Positions 34,401 through 46,157 of a stretch of DNA of 50,733 nt are shown one piece after another. Position numbers and translations under genes: made by a program. The first letter of the stretch is position 1, and each line of letters starts with the position of its first letter. Origin of the DNA: Asterionella formosa (Eukaryota); contig NKIB01013826.1 of the NCBI GenBank assembly GCA_002256025.1, positions 1-50,733 of the forward strand, read 5' to 3'. A model generated the notes under the pieces. That model was given only the letters and a program-made list of their open reading frames with translations. It was not told where the DNA came from and did no database searches.

Positions 34401-35953
34401 TGGGCAAATTACCAACGTTCCAGCTCGAGCACCCCCTCCAGCTTTGGGCTTCGGCAGCATTGAGTTAGGAATATTATTCATTTCCATCTCGTGCTTCCAT
34501 TCCAACAAGTTCGCACTCCACAATCTATCTTCCAATTTTCTTTCTTGTAAATCGGCACTGGACGGAGGATGTTTGGCTCCAGGCAGACTGTGCTGCAACC
34601 GTGGTCGATTGTCTAGGATGGTGACAATGGTCTGAATTGTCTTACCCATCCCCTGAATGCAGAGAGGAGAAATCAGTCAGATAAAAGTGGAAAGCCGTAA
34701 CTTGGCATATTCTTGGGGCACCTACCATTTCATCAGCCAAAATCCCACCACGAATATTCTCGCTGACTTCCTGGTGGTGCATCCAGGAGACTCCTTCCGT
34801 TTGAAAGGGAAGCAAACTACCAACCAGTCCCAAAGGAGCCTTTCGCATCTCACCCTGAAAGGAAACAGGGACCAGCTCATCCGGTTGCAATTCTTCGTTC
34901 TCATTTTCAAGCTCAATTTTAGATTGTTCCACACGAGCTACGAGTTTCTCGTAGTCGTCAATTGTTAGGTTTTTCCATCCACCAATATCTTCCGCCGATT
35001 GAATCTCTTCAGAAAATACAGCACATTGTAAATGTCTATAGACCCTATATCCAGGCTGGACGCGAGAAATGTGTGAGCCATCGATTGGGAAGACGAGGCA
35101 CATATCTTAACAACCAAGAGAAAATCGAAATTCAACACACCTTTCCACGAAAAAGAGGCACATGAGAGACTCTGATGTCTCCTTTTAGAACTAAGTTATC
35201 ACAGCGACGACAGGTCGCGCGCCCGGTACCGCTGTATTCCACCTTGAACGGCCTATCTTCCTCGTCGTCGTTTGATTCCGTGTCGACAACGAGAATAACT
35301 TTCGGCTCTTTCATTGTCTTTGGCAGAGTTTTAGATTTTGCGGATTTATTTTCATCTGCATTCTCCTTGGGAGTAGCTTCCTTTCTCTTGGCTTGCTTCT
35401 TCTCTCCAGCCTCCTCGTCCTTCTTAGCTACTTTCGGCTCCACCTTCTTGGCATCAAGTTTCGAACCGTTCTTTCGTTCGACCTTATCAGTCTTGTTCGA
35501 CCTCACATTCACCCTATCCTTTGAGAATTGAGGCGAATATAACTCTACATCCTCTTTGGCTTCTTCCACAAACGAGAGTTCGCCATCAGAGGTCAGTCGA
35601 ATGCGTTTCCTGGAGCCAGGTTTTGACGGAACACGCCCTCGTCGCTTAATAGTTCCGGTTTGTAGATCAGAATTTGGAGATGGTGTGACAAATTGCCTCA
35701 AGGGAATCTTTTTTTCGAGTTCCGATGACAACCCTGACCGACAAGATCGTCGTCCGGTGTCTCCTTGTGGACGAACGTGCGTGGGGGGGAAGATTGCACT
35801 GCGAGACGAAACAGTGAAATACACGCGGATTCCCTCGTTTCCGTTTTGGTATTCGCAACCAAGCTCAATGACACTTCCAAGGTCTTCATGTATACCATTA
35901 CTTACCCAGACGGGGTCACCGATGCCGATGATCAGACCCTTTTTCTTCAGCAT
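31496..35953 (-). CDS. RAD16: RAD16/RAD5-family SNF2 helicase with a PARP-type zinc finger and a RING finger (about 1307 aa)
   Basis: Eight exons (35953-35141, 35055-34726, 34652-33273, 33201-33124, 33048-32679, 32598-32208, 32137-31827, 31746-31496) join in frame. Motifs [60 protein letters not shown] and [11 protein letters not shown]. Confidence 0.9.
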
Positions 35954-36062
35954 TGCGTTTGCAAACGAATATTTACGATGTTAGAAGGAAAGTTTATCCC
36001 ACATAATACACTGGTGTAAATGATATGGCGGGCCCTCATCAGCCAGGTATCCATCCTGACCA

Positions 36063-36152
36063 GCAAGTTGCGGTAATTGAGCTGAAACTAAAACTTTAGC
36101 TATCTTTATCACATATTAAATTGTTTGATTAAGCAAAATGACCGCAACTTGC
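36063..36152. mobile_element. 90-bp MITE, copy 1 (TIR GCAAGTTGCGGT...)
   Basis: GCAAGTTGCGGT at 36063-36074 and ACCGCAACTTGC at 36141-36152. Same length and internal TTTAGCTATCTTTATCA as the copy at 40545. Confidence 0.85.
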
Positions 36153-36623
36153 AGGTACTGGTACCAGGTACCAGGTACAGCACTCACATACAATGCATCG
36201 AAAGGCATCGTCCGTAAAAAAGTGCAAGTACTAGGTACCATAAATAGAACTGCACTTGAGTGGGATATCGAGTAAAATTACACCACTACCGGTATTGTGC
36301 TTCTCTGCCTAGATGACTCACATTGCACTCGTGCGTGAGTGGTGAACAATGCAGCAGGCCAAACAAGACGAAAAAACACATCAAATCGTGTTTACCAGGG
36401 TATGCCGGTAGATATTTCAGGAACAAGGAACCACACATGCCAGTGCACTACGGATATATACCAGGAGTACCCTGGTACCAGTACGACTGGTACCTTGTAC
36501 CCCGGTATGTCTTGATTTTCACAAACGCAACACAAGCAACAGGAGCGTAACCAGATTCATTCTGATGGGTTGAACCCCACCATAATCAATTTAAGTTGCG
36601 CAATAGCGAACCCCATCGGCAGG

Positions 36624-37124
36624 ATGAACTCTAAAACGAACATGCCACCTCCACCAGCAGATCCTGAACTTGTTCAAAAGATAGCTTTGCTAAGCCCAAT
36701 CGGCCAGTGCCTACAAGAGTCCCTTCAGGATATGATACAAGAATCGCTGGTAAGGGAACTCCAAGAGGCAGATCAGCATGATGAAAAAGCAGCACCGAGT
36801 ATTGATAGTGACATTGCAGATCGAATCTTGGATTCGTTTGGAAAGGCGGTATCCGACACCGACTGGCACCGAGAATTCAAGGGAATCGCACCCCCAGCTG
36901 CCCTGCTCAGAGGTCGGATTGACTACTACAATCGAGTAGAGGGGCGATGGGAAATTATGGTAGACAACGCAGAGCTTAGACCACGAGCATTGTTAGATCC
37001 GAACAGGAAGAAACGCACTCGTGAACGACCGTCACTATGGGATGTCAGTCTCCGTCAGGAGAAGCGACGACCTACAACCACATTGGAGGGCAAACTTCAA
37101 GTCCTCGTCTATGATGACCTGTAA
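36624..37124 (+). CDS. Divergent transcription factor IIA gamma subunit (TOA2/GTF2A2)-like protein (about 166 aa)
   Basis: SPIGQCLQESLQDMIQE, IADRILDSFGKAV, LRGRIDYYNRVEGRWEIMVDNAEL and KLQVLVYD align by eye with the TFIIA-gamma helical and beta-barrel segments, separated by insertions. Confidence 0.6.
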   Translation: MNSKTNMPPPPADPELVQKIALLSPIGQCLQESLQDMIQESLVRELQEADQHDEKAAPSIDSDIADRILDSFGKAVSDTDWHREFKGIAPPAALLRGRIDYYNRVEGRWEIMVDNAELRPRALLDPNRKKRTRERPSLWDVSLRQEKRRPTTTLEGKLQVLVYDDL

Positions 37125-37253
37125 GATAATCTGATACCAAAATGGGGCGAGTACAGCTGTGGATTGCTTCATATGAATATTTACGATCATGCCACAGAAA
37201 AAAATCCCAGATCCCTAGTTCTTATTAGTGAAGGAAGTATAAAATGCATTGTT

Positions 37254-39669
37254 TTAGTCCGCAAGGTCGGATGACGACGAATCACTTCCGCCAGAATCTT
37301 CTGCCATCATCGAATCAATACTATCGCCACTTTGGTATTCGTGATCTGCCGGGGGCCGAAACGATTCTCCTCCCTGCTGTTGCGTCGATAATCTGTTCAA
37401 CTGGAGCCTTTGTTGCTGTTGCATTCGGTTCAACGCCATAACACGAGCTGCAGTGAATGGCTCATACTGTTGCCCAGAACCGCTGTCGGAACCATCACTT
37501 CGATCAGATGCTGAATCGTCCAAAGAAACATCGTCACCCTCAGAATCCACATCTGAGTTGGAAGCTGAAGATCGGCCAGATTGGTTCTGATTTAAAATAT
37601 AGATGTTAGACATTTGCTTCAATGAGAATGATATATTACCAAATTTAAGCGAGTATTTCCTTACCTCCAATTCAACGACATCTGAAGCTGTCACTCCAGT
37701 GTTAGCTGCCGCTTGAGTCGGTGGTCTTGAAGAATATGGATCAAATACCATGTCTAAAGGGGTATTTCCTAGTGATGTTCCGGGAAAGGTCACCGCGTGA
37801 TGCATCTGCAACAAATGCATGTTGTGGCTTGGATGAAGAGCGACAGGATTAGCTACTCCGGAATCCGAACCGGTCGAAAACAATACAGGCGATAGAGGTC
37901 TGGCTAACAGGGCGTGGTGTGCATGAAGACCGTCTCCAATTACAGAACCTCCATCTCCTCCTGACACGGCATTGTTTTGGTGATCCGCAAAATGGCGAAC
38001 AAAACTAGCAACAGCTGCGTGGGTTGGCATGGTGAGATTCGGGGCATTCGATAAACTCGGAGGTGGCGGTGAAGTCGTCATACTTCGATTTCCACCAATA
38101 ACTCGTAGATCTTGAGGGTCTGTTGACCCTAGCGAAGCTCCCACACCATGATGATGCTCGCCGCCTATGTGATCAAACTTATGACGCAATTGGGCCTTTG
38201 CTGCAGCTTCCAGTAATTCTCGATTGTCTTCATTTTCTGATTTGATACTATTGAATCCAACCTTCTTTTCGTCTCCTCCATCCTTGGTTTGCGTATCCAT
38301 TCCAGGTATGTCTTCAACTGACGATGACGACATTCGACGACGCAGTCGTCGATTTCGCTGCTCATACTCTTGCCTTTCCTTTTCATCGGCCAAAGCGGCA
38401 AGCTCTTGTTCCTGAAGTAAATGCATTAGACCAATATCCCACCAGAACCTAATTAAGATGTATTTCTTCAGTTGAACGTACCTCTCGACGAGTTTGTAAT
38501 GTCTCGCCACCTGTGCTGCCTCCAAAAGCACTAAATGACGATGTCACAAGAAGAAGCTTCTCCAGACAATTGCAGAGCTTGTGCGTTTGAGTGTAATACT
38601 AAATCCAAATGTTAGTGAAACGTGGTGACATTTCTATTTCTCTCAAGAAATATATTATACTTACGCGCTCTGGAGAAAGCAGGACCTCTGCCAGTCTCTG
38701 AATTGTAAACGGCGGACCATCTCTGTGAGGGATTGCTACCGCAGGAATTGGTTTTGACTCTCCGTTTGTTTCCTTTCTATTCGCTTCAAATCCCGCTTCG
38801 TCGTCTTCCACGGTTCCCACCAAAGCTAATAAAAGCAATCTGCGATTCTGAAAGGCTTCTTCAGGCGACGGGTCCTCAATCTTTGATAGGTGTTCTACTC
38901 TTCCTTCTGAGGCCTCCCTTTCGGCTTTGTGTTTTCTCATCTCGTCAGTCGTCAGCTTATAACCGCCTCGACAACGGTAAGAATGCTCCAATACCAAGTC
39001 GATTCCAGTTCGTACCGCTTCACGTAATGTCTTGTATTTCGATGAAATTGACTGAGTCTTCGCTGGGTTGGCCAATGCTTGAATGATCGTGATTCGAGTC
39101 CGTCTCTCCTTTCGTTCGACACTACGCTCGCTATTTGTCGTAGCTGACGTCCCTTCCGAGTCACATTCATACTGGGTCGAGTCTTCAATTTCACTGCCGG
39201 AAGTCCTTCCGCTGCCAACCGACAACATACTACTCGTGAACGATGACGGTCGCGACAACGGTCGCTTCCTTGCCCCGCTGCCATATCTGTGAGGATTGAT
39301 ATGATTTCCATTCCGGTGTTTCTTTCGAGGAGGTTCCGATGATAATGTAGATGAAACGTTAGTGACTCGTCTTTGTACTTGCTGTTGAAAATGAAACGAG
39401 GTGGTGATGTTGTTGGTTGGCGATCCCGTATTCTTGATGTGCTGCGCGGGGGCATTCCAAGGAAGCCAAGGGCATTCCCCTTTCCTAGCAACTTCAGTCA
39501 ATATTCTCCGCAAATCTACTGGAAGATTGTCTCGATCATCCGTGGTAGGCACTGCCACTGCTTTGAGTTCCATCGTGAGTCTTCGGTGTTCCTTGTTGGC
39601 CACGGTCGTCGACGAAGTCGATGTCGACGACGACGGCGATGTCGCGGTCGCTACTGCTGCCGATAGCAT
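37254..39669 (-). CDS. Protein phosphatase 4 regulatory subunit 2 (PPP4R2/Psy4)-like protein (about 733 aa)
   Basis: Exons 39669-38665, 38598-38482, 38411-37665 and 37586-37254. ILTEVARKG..PW and PPFTIQRLAEVLLSPERYYTQTHKLCNCLEKLLLVTS match the PPP4R2 core. Long disordered Ser/Asp tail. Confidence 0.75.
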
Positions 39670-40544
39670 GATCGTTTTCTTTCTTGCAAATTTCGTCAAA
39701 GAGACCTTAAGCTCGTCGGTTCCATTTCAATTTGCTACAGTGTTATCTCTTTGTAGATATGCTCAGCTTCGAGTGACTGTTGATGTAGTAGTGCAAATGT
39801 GTCCTTTTCCTCGCACTCGCGTTCGCTTTGGCTTGTTTGTTCCACTTACTCCTCTTGGCCTCTGCTATATTCAGCTATGCAGTACACTTTCGTCCAAATG
39901 CCGCAATATCAGTTTACTCCTCCCTGGATTCTCTATTAGTCAATCCTTTTCGTCTTGACCAATGTTTATGTGTTATGGAATACTACCGGGCAGTACTAGT
40001 ACCAGTATCATCAGGTACAGGAATTACAGCGACGCACTGGCTGTCTATACATTTTTGTTTGTCGTAATCGAAAAGTATTGCTTGTTACTTACTATACATT
40101 AAAATGCTGGAAATGCCTGTGCTGGCAAGTTCTGTATGCACATACTGGTCGTATTTGAAGGTAACGAATAGTCGTACCAGGTACCAAGTAATAGAGACAA
40201 GTACCGGTACTCATTTACGTACGTTTGTATAGTGCCAGGTACCTGTGGTAGACACAGGTGATGCCTTTCCTGTCTCGCGCCCATTTATTTGGCCACCATT
40301 GCTTAGTTCCCGCGTTGAATGTACATCTGCTGGTCTATGTATGTAGGAGTGTCATCTTTGTTTGCTTCTTGCCTGCTCCGTCTATGTACACCACTTACTA
40401 AAATGAGGCATTTGAACTGGGACAAAACAAGTGACCACGTGGAAGCTTCGATTGCTTTGTATATAAAACAAACAAAATACCGGTACATACAGTAGGAACA
40501 ACAATGCTTTTTGCCTGTACCGGTAGGCATATAGATACACCTGA

Positions 40545-40634
40545 GCAAGTTGCGGTAATTTTGCTAAAACTAAAGATTTAGCTATCTTTATCAAAAATTA
40601 AATTTTTAGTTTAAGCAAAATGACCGCAACTTGC
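40545..40634. mobile_element. 90-bp MITE, copy 2
   Basis: 30-bp TIRs GCAAGTTGCGGTAATTTTGCTAAAACTAAA and TTTAGTTTAAGCAAAATGACCGCAACTTGC, with 2 mismatches. Confidence 0.88.
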
Positions 40635-40660
40635 AGGTACTTCTATACCGCATGGTTCCA

Positions 40661-40684
40661 GCAAGTTGCGGTCATTTTGCTAAA
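40661..40684 (+). repeat. Solitary TIR of the same MITE family (possible left end of a larger element)
   Basis: GCAAGTTGCGGTCATTTTGCTAAA lies 26 bp after copy 2. No matching right TIR found. Confidence 0.65.
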
Positions 40685-41539
40685 TAAACAATTTGCTATG
40701 ATAACCACACTTTGCTATCTGCGCAGACAGTAAGCATAATATATAAGAAAATACAATCATAAGAAAATAAAAAATTATTTCAATAACACCCACATTAGAC
40801 AATGAAAATTGAAGACGCCAATGGTGCATTTTTTCATGTAATTTATAGTAGATGTGCAAATTCAGAACAACAATGATACAAACAGATTTGACGCTTTCAC
40901 GGTAGCTGCACAAGAACAAATACAATGACGACTTAAAATAGCAAGATTAATTAAAATAAAAGATTTGAAAAAAGCAATTAATCAATTAAGAATTGATTGT
41001 TTGTATCAACGCATGAGTGAGGATGCATCTATTGTGACATGGGAAGAATGATGGAAGCAAAATGATTAGGTTTCAAAATAGTTTACCAGTATTATGATAT
41101 TGTTATCTTCATTAGTCAACAGTCAATTAATACATGGTATATATATAGTATCTTATAACAATCATTATCAGGTAGTTGGTATGATAAGGCTGGCAGTTAT
41201 GAATTTCCAATCCCAATGATTTTGAAACGACCGATAATTAAGATACTATTAGATTGTTTTCATCACTTCGGTCGGAGAAGGACGAGAATGATTTTGAGCT
41301 AGGAGAGAATGACGCAAAGTAAGCAAGACTTGCGTGCTATTGCTTACTTTTGGTTAGGGCTGCCCTTACCAGTCATTGTCATTTGCTTTTTTTGTCATTC
41401 ACCCAAGTTTTGACATTCCCGCATTCTTTGGAAGAATAAAATTAGCATAAAGCCTATGTCACTAAATCATGATACAGCAGATTTCAAAGAGTGAAGTTTA
41501 TTTCCTTAGTACTAAAACATGTTATGACTTGAGATGTTT

Positions 41540-42430
41540 TATTGCAATTGATTGTTGGTTCTTTTATGCAAAGAAAGAAATCATGATGGCGGACCGATTT
41601 GAATTTGATGAAGATGTTGGAGAACTCAGATAATACATTGGTTGCAAATTGAAATGTGACAAAGCAAGATAAAGGACGGGTGAAGTTCTCACAACCAGTT
41701 CTATTGCAAAGCTTACAAGATGACAACATAGTATACCTGAGAATGAAATGAAAAAGTATCCGACCGGTGGCTATATGTTCCCATGAACAGGCAATATATC
41801 GTGTTATCAAATATTTTGTGAATACACCGACAAACAGAGGCCTAAAACTAAATCCTAAAGGTAGCTGGGACGGAATTAAGGATTATCAGTCTATGATTTC
41901 AGGATAGTCTGACTCAGATTATGCAAAAGACATCGAGACTTCTAGAAAAAGTGTTAGTGGCTATGTCACAGTCCATATTGGCGCTCCAGTGTCAATTGAG
42001 GAGGCGCATGCAAGATTATGTGACATTATCACTCACGGAAACAGAGCTGGTTAGTGCAACAACACAGCGTGAGCAGGATATGCTATACATTATGAGAATT
42101 CTGGAATCTATGGGACTGCAAAAGCAAATCTATGATGCTGCATGTCGATAACAAAGGTGCTGTGGATCTAGCAAAAACTGGAGTGTTGGTGGAGGAAGAA
42201 CAAGGCAGGCATGTGGAAGTTAGATATTATTTTTTTAAGGTAGCTGAAAGAAAGAATGTGATTCATTTTAATTGGGTATCAACTGAGAGCAATTTTCGTA
42301 TCTGCTCACTAAGAATTTGTCGGGACCAACTTTTGAACGACATGTTCAGGTGTTTTGCTTGTGCTAGCTAGTACTAGTAACAGTGAAGATGAATCCAGAC
42401 TCTCTTACTCTATGGGGAGGGTGTTAGATT
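41540..42430 (+). mobile_element. Decayed Ty1/copia (CoDi-like) retrotransposon: RT tail, RNase H, polypurine tract and start of the 3' LTR
   Basis: Fragments EDVGEL..YIGCK, KFSQPVLLQSLQD, SDSDYAKD..SRKSVSGY, VTLSLTETELVSA, QDMLYIMRILESMGL, VDNKGAVDLA and RHVEVRYYF. GGGGAGGG at 42414-42421 is directly followed by TG. Confidence 0.85.
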
Positions 42431-42807
42431 TATTGAGATGAGTCACGGATCTTAGAAAATTGATGAACAAAAAATCGATTTGCAGCAGTTGAGGGAGCAC
42501 TTGAGAAAAAATATTTATGTCCCAACTGACCAAGGTAGGAACAATGGAAAGAATGGGTATATTGGCATTGAAGGAAAAGGCTGAGAATAAAATTTAAAAT
42601 GAGCAAGCTCACAATCTGGAAAACACTGAATCATTAGAGCCCTCAAACATATTTATACAATCACATATATGACGTTACTTATGATTATATGTAGTAGTAT
42701 TGGCAAGGCTATCAGGGGGTAGTGGTTGTGTTTGTTCATGTACTATATACTTCATAGGCATAATGGTCATTCAGAAAATCTATTCTTATTTGCATATTCT
42801 AGTGGCT

Positions 42808-42960
42808 GTCAGCAAGTTCTAGTTGTAGTCAGCAAATTTTAGTAATTTTCAGCAAATCCCAGTCATTGTCAGCAAGTTCTAAATGTAGAAAGGTAGGATT
42901 CCTATGTTGATTCTGAAGCTAGAAGGTGGTTTGCTGAACCCATTCATCAGTCAGCAAATC
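42808..42960 (+). repeat. Cluster of short TCAGCAA(A/G) repeats
   Basis: GTCAGCAAGTTCTA twice, TCAGCAAAT three times and one inverted TTTGCTGA. Resembles subterminal repeats of the AGCAAA-rich MITE family. Confidence 0.5.
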
Positions 42961-43332
42961 TGAGTCGTGTTCAGAGACTGATTCTGCAAATCGTCATTGG
43001 TCAACAAGAGGTTTTTTCCTAAATTACTTAAGGAAATTTATTTTCATCAAAAGCTGGCCTATCTTGTCCAGCAGGCATGAGATGATCCATTGGGAGTGTG
43101 TTGAAACTGAAGGAGTGCACAGAAGGTGTGCTACCAGGCCTTCCTGGTACCAGTACCTGGTATTGTGCAACAATACCTATGTACGGTCCCAGGTGCCGTC
43201 CGTCCATATGTACTTCCACGGACATGTGCAACGGTTAGCTATTCGCCTCCTCGTGTTTGCCTGCTGCTGGCCTGTGCTGTCCACATGGAGCTCTACTAAA
43301 TAAATAGAAAATCGTCGCCTTGTTGATTGACG

Positions 43333-43947
43333 ATGTTGCGCTTTGAAGTTGGCACAAAGGTCGTTCCTGGTGACCGCCTTGGCAATCTTCGAAACATAAA
43401 ACCAGGAATTGGTACCTACGCGCGAGGAGGGAATGTGTATGCCACGACTGTCGGAACACTGCAGCTGAATGAGCAGGAGCAGGTAGTCTCCATCCATCCA
43501 ACGAAACCGTTGGCAGCCTCACAAGTCTTGCGGGTGGGACAAATGATCCTTGGGAGAATTCAGCGGGTCGTATTGCAACAAGCTGTTGTAGAAATCATCG
43601 CTGCGGAAGGGATTGGCCTGGTGACACAACAAACCGCAGAAGGTCAAATTAGACGAGAAGACATTCGAGCAGGCGCAACAGAAGAAATTCAGATTCATGA
43701 GGCCTTTCGACCTGGCGACATTGTGGTTGCCAGGATTATTTCCATGGGAGACGCTCGAAGGTATACATTGACTACCGCAGAAACAGAGTTAGGAGTCATT
43801 CGAGCTTTGTCGAGGGCTACAGGCAAGCCCATGGTAGCTATCAGTTGGAAGGAAATGGAATGTGCAGACACCAACATCAAAGAGTCTCGAAAATGCGCGA
43901 AAACGCCCAAGAATTTGCAGCTCATCTTTTCAAGGCCGACAAGTTGA
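43333..43947 (+). CDS. CSL4: Exosome complex component CSL4 (EXOSC1), 204 aa
   Basis: VVPGDRLG, PGIGTY..G.VYAT..G, S1 domain GQIRREDIRA..FRPGDIVVARIISMGD, and LTTAETELGV..G.PM..ISWKEMEC..T..KESRKCAK. Confidence 0.93.
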   Translation: MLRFEVGTKVVPGDRLGNLRNIKPGIGTYARGGNVYATTVGTLQLNEQEQVVSIHPTKPLAASQVLRVGQMILGRIQRVVLQQAVVEIIAAEGIGLVTQQTAEGQIRREDIRAGATEEIQIHEAFRPGDIVVARIISMGDARRYTLTTAETELGVIRALSRATGKPMVAISWKEMECADTNIKESRKCAKTPKNLQLIFSRPTS

Positions 43948-44672
43948 ATGACCCCTTCCTGATAGGTGATGTTGCAAATTTTGATGCCGGTTGCATCGCC
44001 AACATCTCGAATGACGTGGCTACCAGAATAGGCGGGAAAGAGGTACATTTATGCATTCACGAGAATGGAAAACCTTTCGGACTAAGCTCTTGCATGGCGT
44101 GCATGTCTTTGCTATATCGTCATCATAACAGTCACTTGTCGGTTCCACCCATTTGTAACAAATGTTTACAATCCCTAATATTGTTCTTCTGATGGGACGT
44201 CAAGTGTAGTACATTGGCTCCAACATTCAATCATTTGCTCTAGAGTTTAATGGAGTCTACATTGCCTCTCTTTTAACTTGTTCTTTGAAGCACAATAGGC
44301 AAGCTCTTTCTAAGATGCCTGCGAAAACGGTGGAATAGTCCATGAGATTTTATGGACAGAATTTCATCGTCGTCTGGCTGTACAGAGTACCTGGTACGCT
44401 AGTATATGTTGCATGTAACTTTCAGGCAATAAACAGATCGAAGGCGAAAAACCGCTCAACGCACATCATTCTTTTCCATTCTGATTACCGGTAAATAGTA
44501 AATTGATGTTACTTGGTTTTCAGATGTGCGCACAGATTATACCTATTTATACAGAGTGTAGTGATGATTGCACCGCACATTGAAAGGAATTGAACATAGC
44601 TGCCTTACTGTTCTGACGACAACTCTAAACACTGGAAAAGAAATAAAAACCCGTGATGCAAAGATCGAAGGC

Positions 44673-46157
44673 ATGCGGCTATCATATATTTTATCTGCAA
44701 TCGTAACAGTCGTTTCGCCGTCACACTCTGTCGCGATGGTAATTACGTCGGCGTTGGGCAGAGAGATATTCTCTGTGGCACCAATGATGGCTCATACGAA
44801 TCGACATTACCATTACTTCTTTCGATTGTTGAGTCGACGCGCTCATTTATACACCGAGATGATTCCAGCAAATCAAATTATCGCTCAATTCAATAATGAG
44901 GTTGGAACACCAGGAAACATACTCACTGACGAGCAAATCATGGTTGTTGTTAACAGGCCACCAAGAGAAGCAGGTGTGAATACTCTTCATGAATTATTGC
45001 GGATATCTACGAGTCATCAAGCTCCTCTTGTATTGCAACTTGGAGGTCGCGATCCAGAGGTACTTGCTCAGGCTGCAGCCATCGGAGCCGCTTTTGGATA
45101 TAATGCCATCAATCTCAACTGTGGATGTCCATCGAATGCTGTCTCAGGCGGAGAACGGGGAGGTGGGGCTTCACATATGAACGATCCATCGCACGTTGCA
45201 TATTGTCTGGAGAGAATGTCAGAACGCATTTCGTCGATTTCTGAGATGATTGGCCGTAGGCCTGTCGACCTGTCTGTCAAACATAGGCTTGGCGTCGCTG
45301 AAGCTTCAGGATATGATGCAGACGCCGATCGAAGACTTGACGACATGGCTGCCTTCAATACCTGTCGAAACTTTATTAATACCATAACCACAAACAGTGC
45401 AGTTTCGAAATTGCATGTGCATGCCAGGCTTGGCCTTCTTGGAGCTTTTGATACACCTGACAGCAAAGATACGGCCCTTTGGGTGCCAGGCCACAAAGAT
45501 GAGAATACTGGGAAGGTTGACCACAAGCGAGAGCAATATCATGCTAAAAAAAGGGCAAGAACGCAGACAATCCAAAACAGGAGTGTGCCACCACTTCGGC
45601 CTGACGTAATTAACATGCTTGCGGCTGACATGCCGCACCTTGAATTTGTCACAAATGGAGGGATAAATTCGGTGGATTCCTTATTGACAAGACTGCATGG
45701 TTCACCCTCAAATGTTGTGGGAGCCATGGTTGGTCGAGCGGTTATAAATCACCCATGCTCGTTTTCCGGCGTTGACTGCCTTTGGGGAGAGGAATCCACC
45801 TCAATTACAAGGCAATCAGTCCTTGACGACTACATTGGTTATTGCGAACGAGAAGAGGATCGCGTACATGCTTTGCAGCCAGGGATTGGGAACATAGAGG
45901 CCCTGCGACGAAGATTAGTTGCTGTGCCATTTCAGCTCTTTGCTGGTGAGGAAGGTAGCCATCAGTATCAGCGAAGAATACGAAAGCTAGTATCCCGACC
46001 ATCTCGACATTCATCATATACGATTCTGGAAGCTGCCGTGTCAGAAGTACCACGAGAATCTCGAGAAATGCCAGTTGGAGAGCATACTCCTATTGGTGCC
46101 AAAAATTATTTCGAATTTGTTCAACGCTCGGGGCCTCTCCAACAAAACATTATGTAG
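44673..46157 (+). CDS. tRNA-dihydrouridine synthase, DusA-like, with an N-terminal presequence (about 494 aa)
   Basis: Motifs FSVAPMM, LYTEM, LQLGG.DP, INLNCGCPS, SVKHRLG, VHAR, NRSVPPL, NGGI and GAMVGRA. Hydrophobic N-terminus from the ATG at 44673. Confidence 0.9.
   Translation: MRLSYILSAIVTVVSPSHSVAMVITSALGREIFSVAPMMAHTNRHYHYFFRLLSRRAHLYTEMIPANQIIAQFNNEVGTPGNILTDEQIMVVVNRPPREAGVNTLHELLRISTSHQAPLVLQLGGRDPEVLAQAAAIGAAFGYNAINLNCGCPSNAVSGGERGGGASHMNDPSHVAYCLERMSERISSISEMIGRRPVDLSVKHRLGVAEASGYDADADRRLDDMAAFNTCRNFINTITTNSAVSKLHVHARLGLLGAFDTPDSKDTALWVPGHKDENTGKVDHKREQYHAKKRARTQTIQNRSVPPLRPDVINMLAADMPHLEFVTNGGINSVDSLLTRLHGSPSNVVGAMVGRAVINHPCSFSGVDCLWGEESTSITRQSVLDDYIGYCEREEDRVHALQPGIGNIEALRRRLVAVPFQLFAGEEGSHQYQRRIRKLVSRPSRHSSYTILEAAVSEVPRESREMPVGEHTPIGAKNYFEFVQRSGPLQQNIM

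Noticed and set aside
6302..45727. Numerous antisense and alternative-frame ORFs overlapping the annotated genes
   Set aside because: Expected shadows of coding sequence at this GC content. None shows a recognisable motif.
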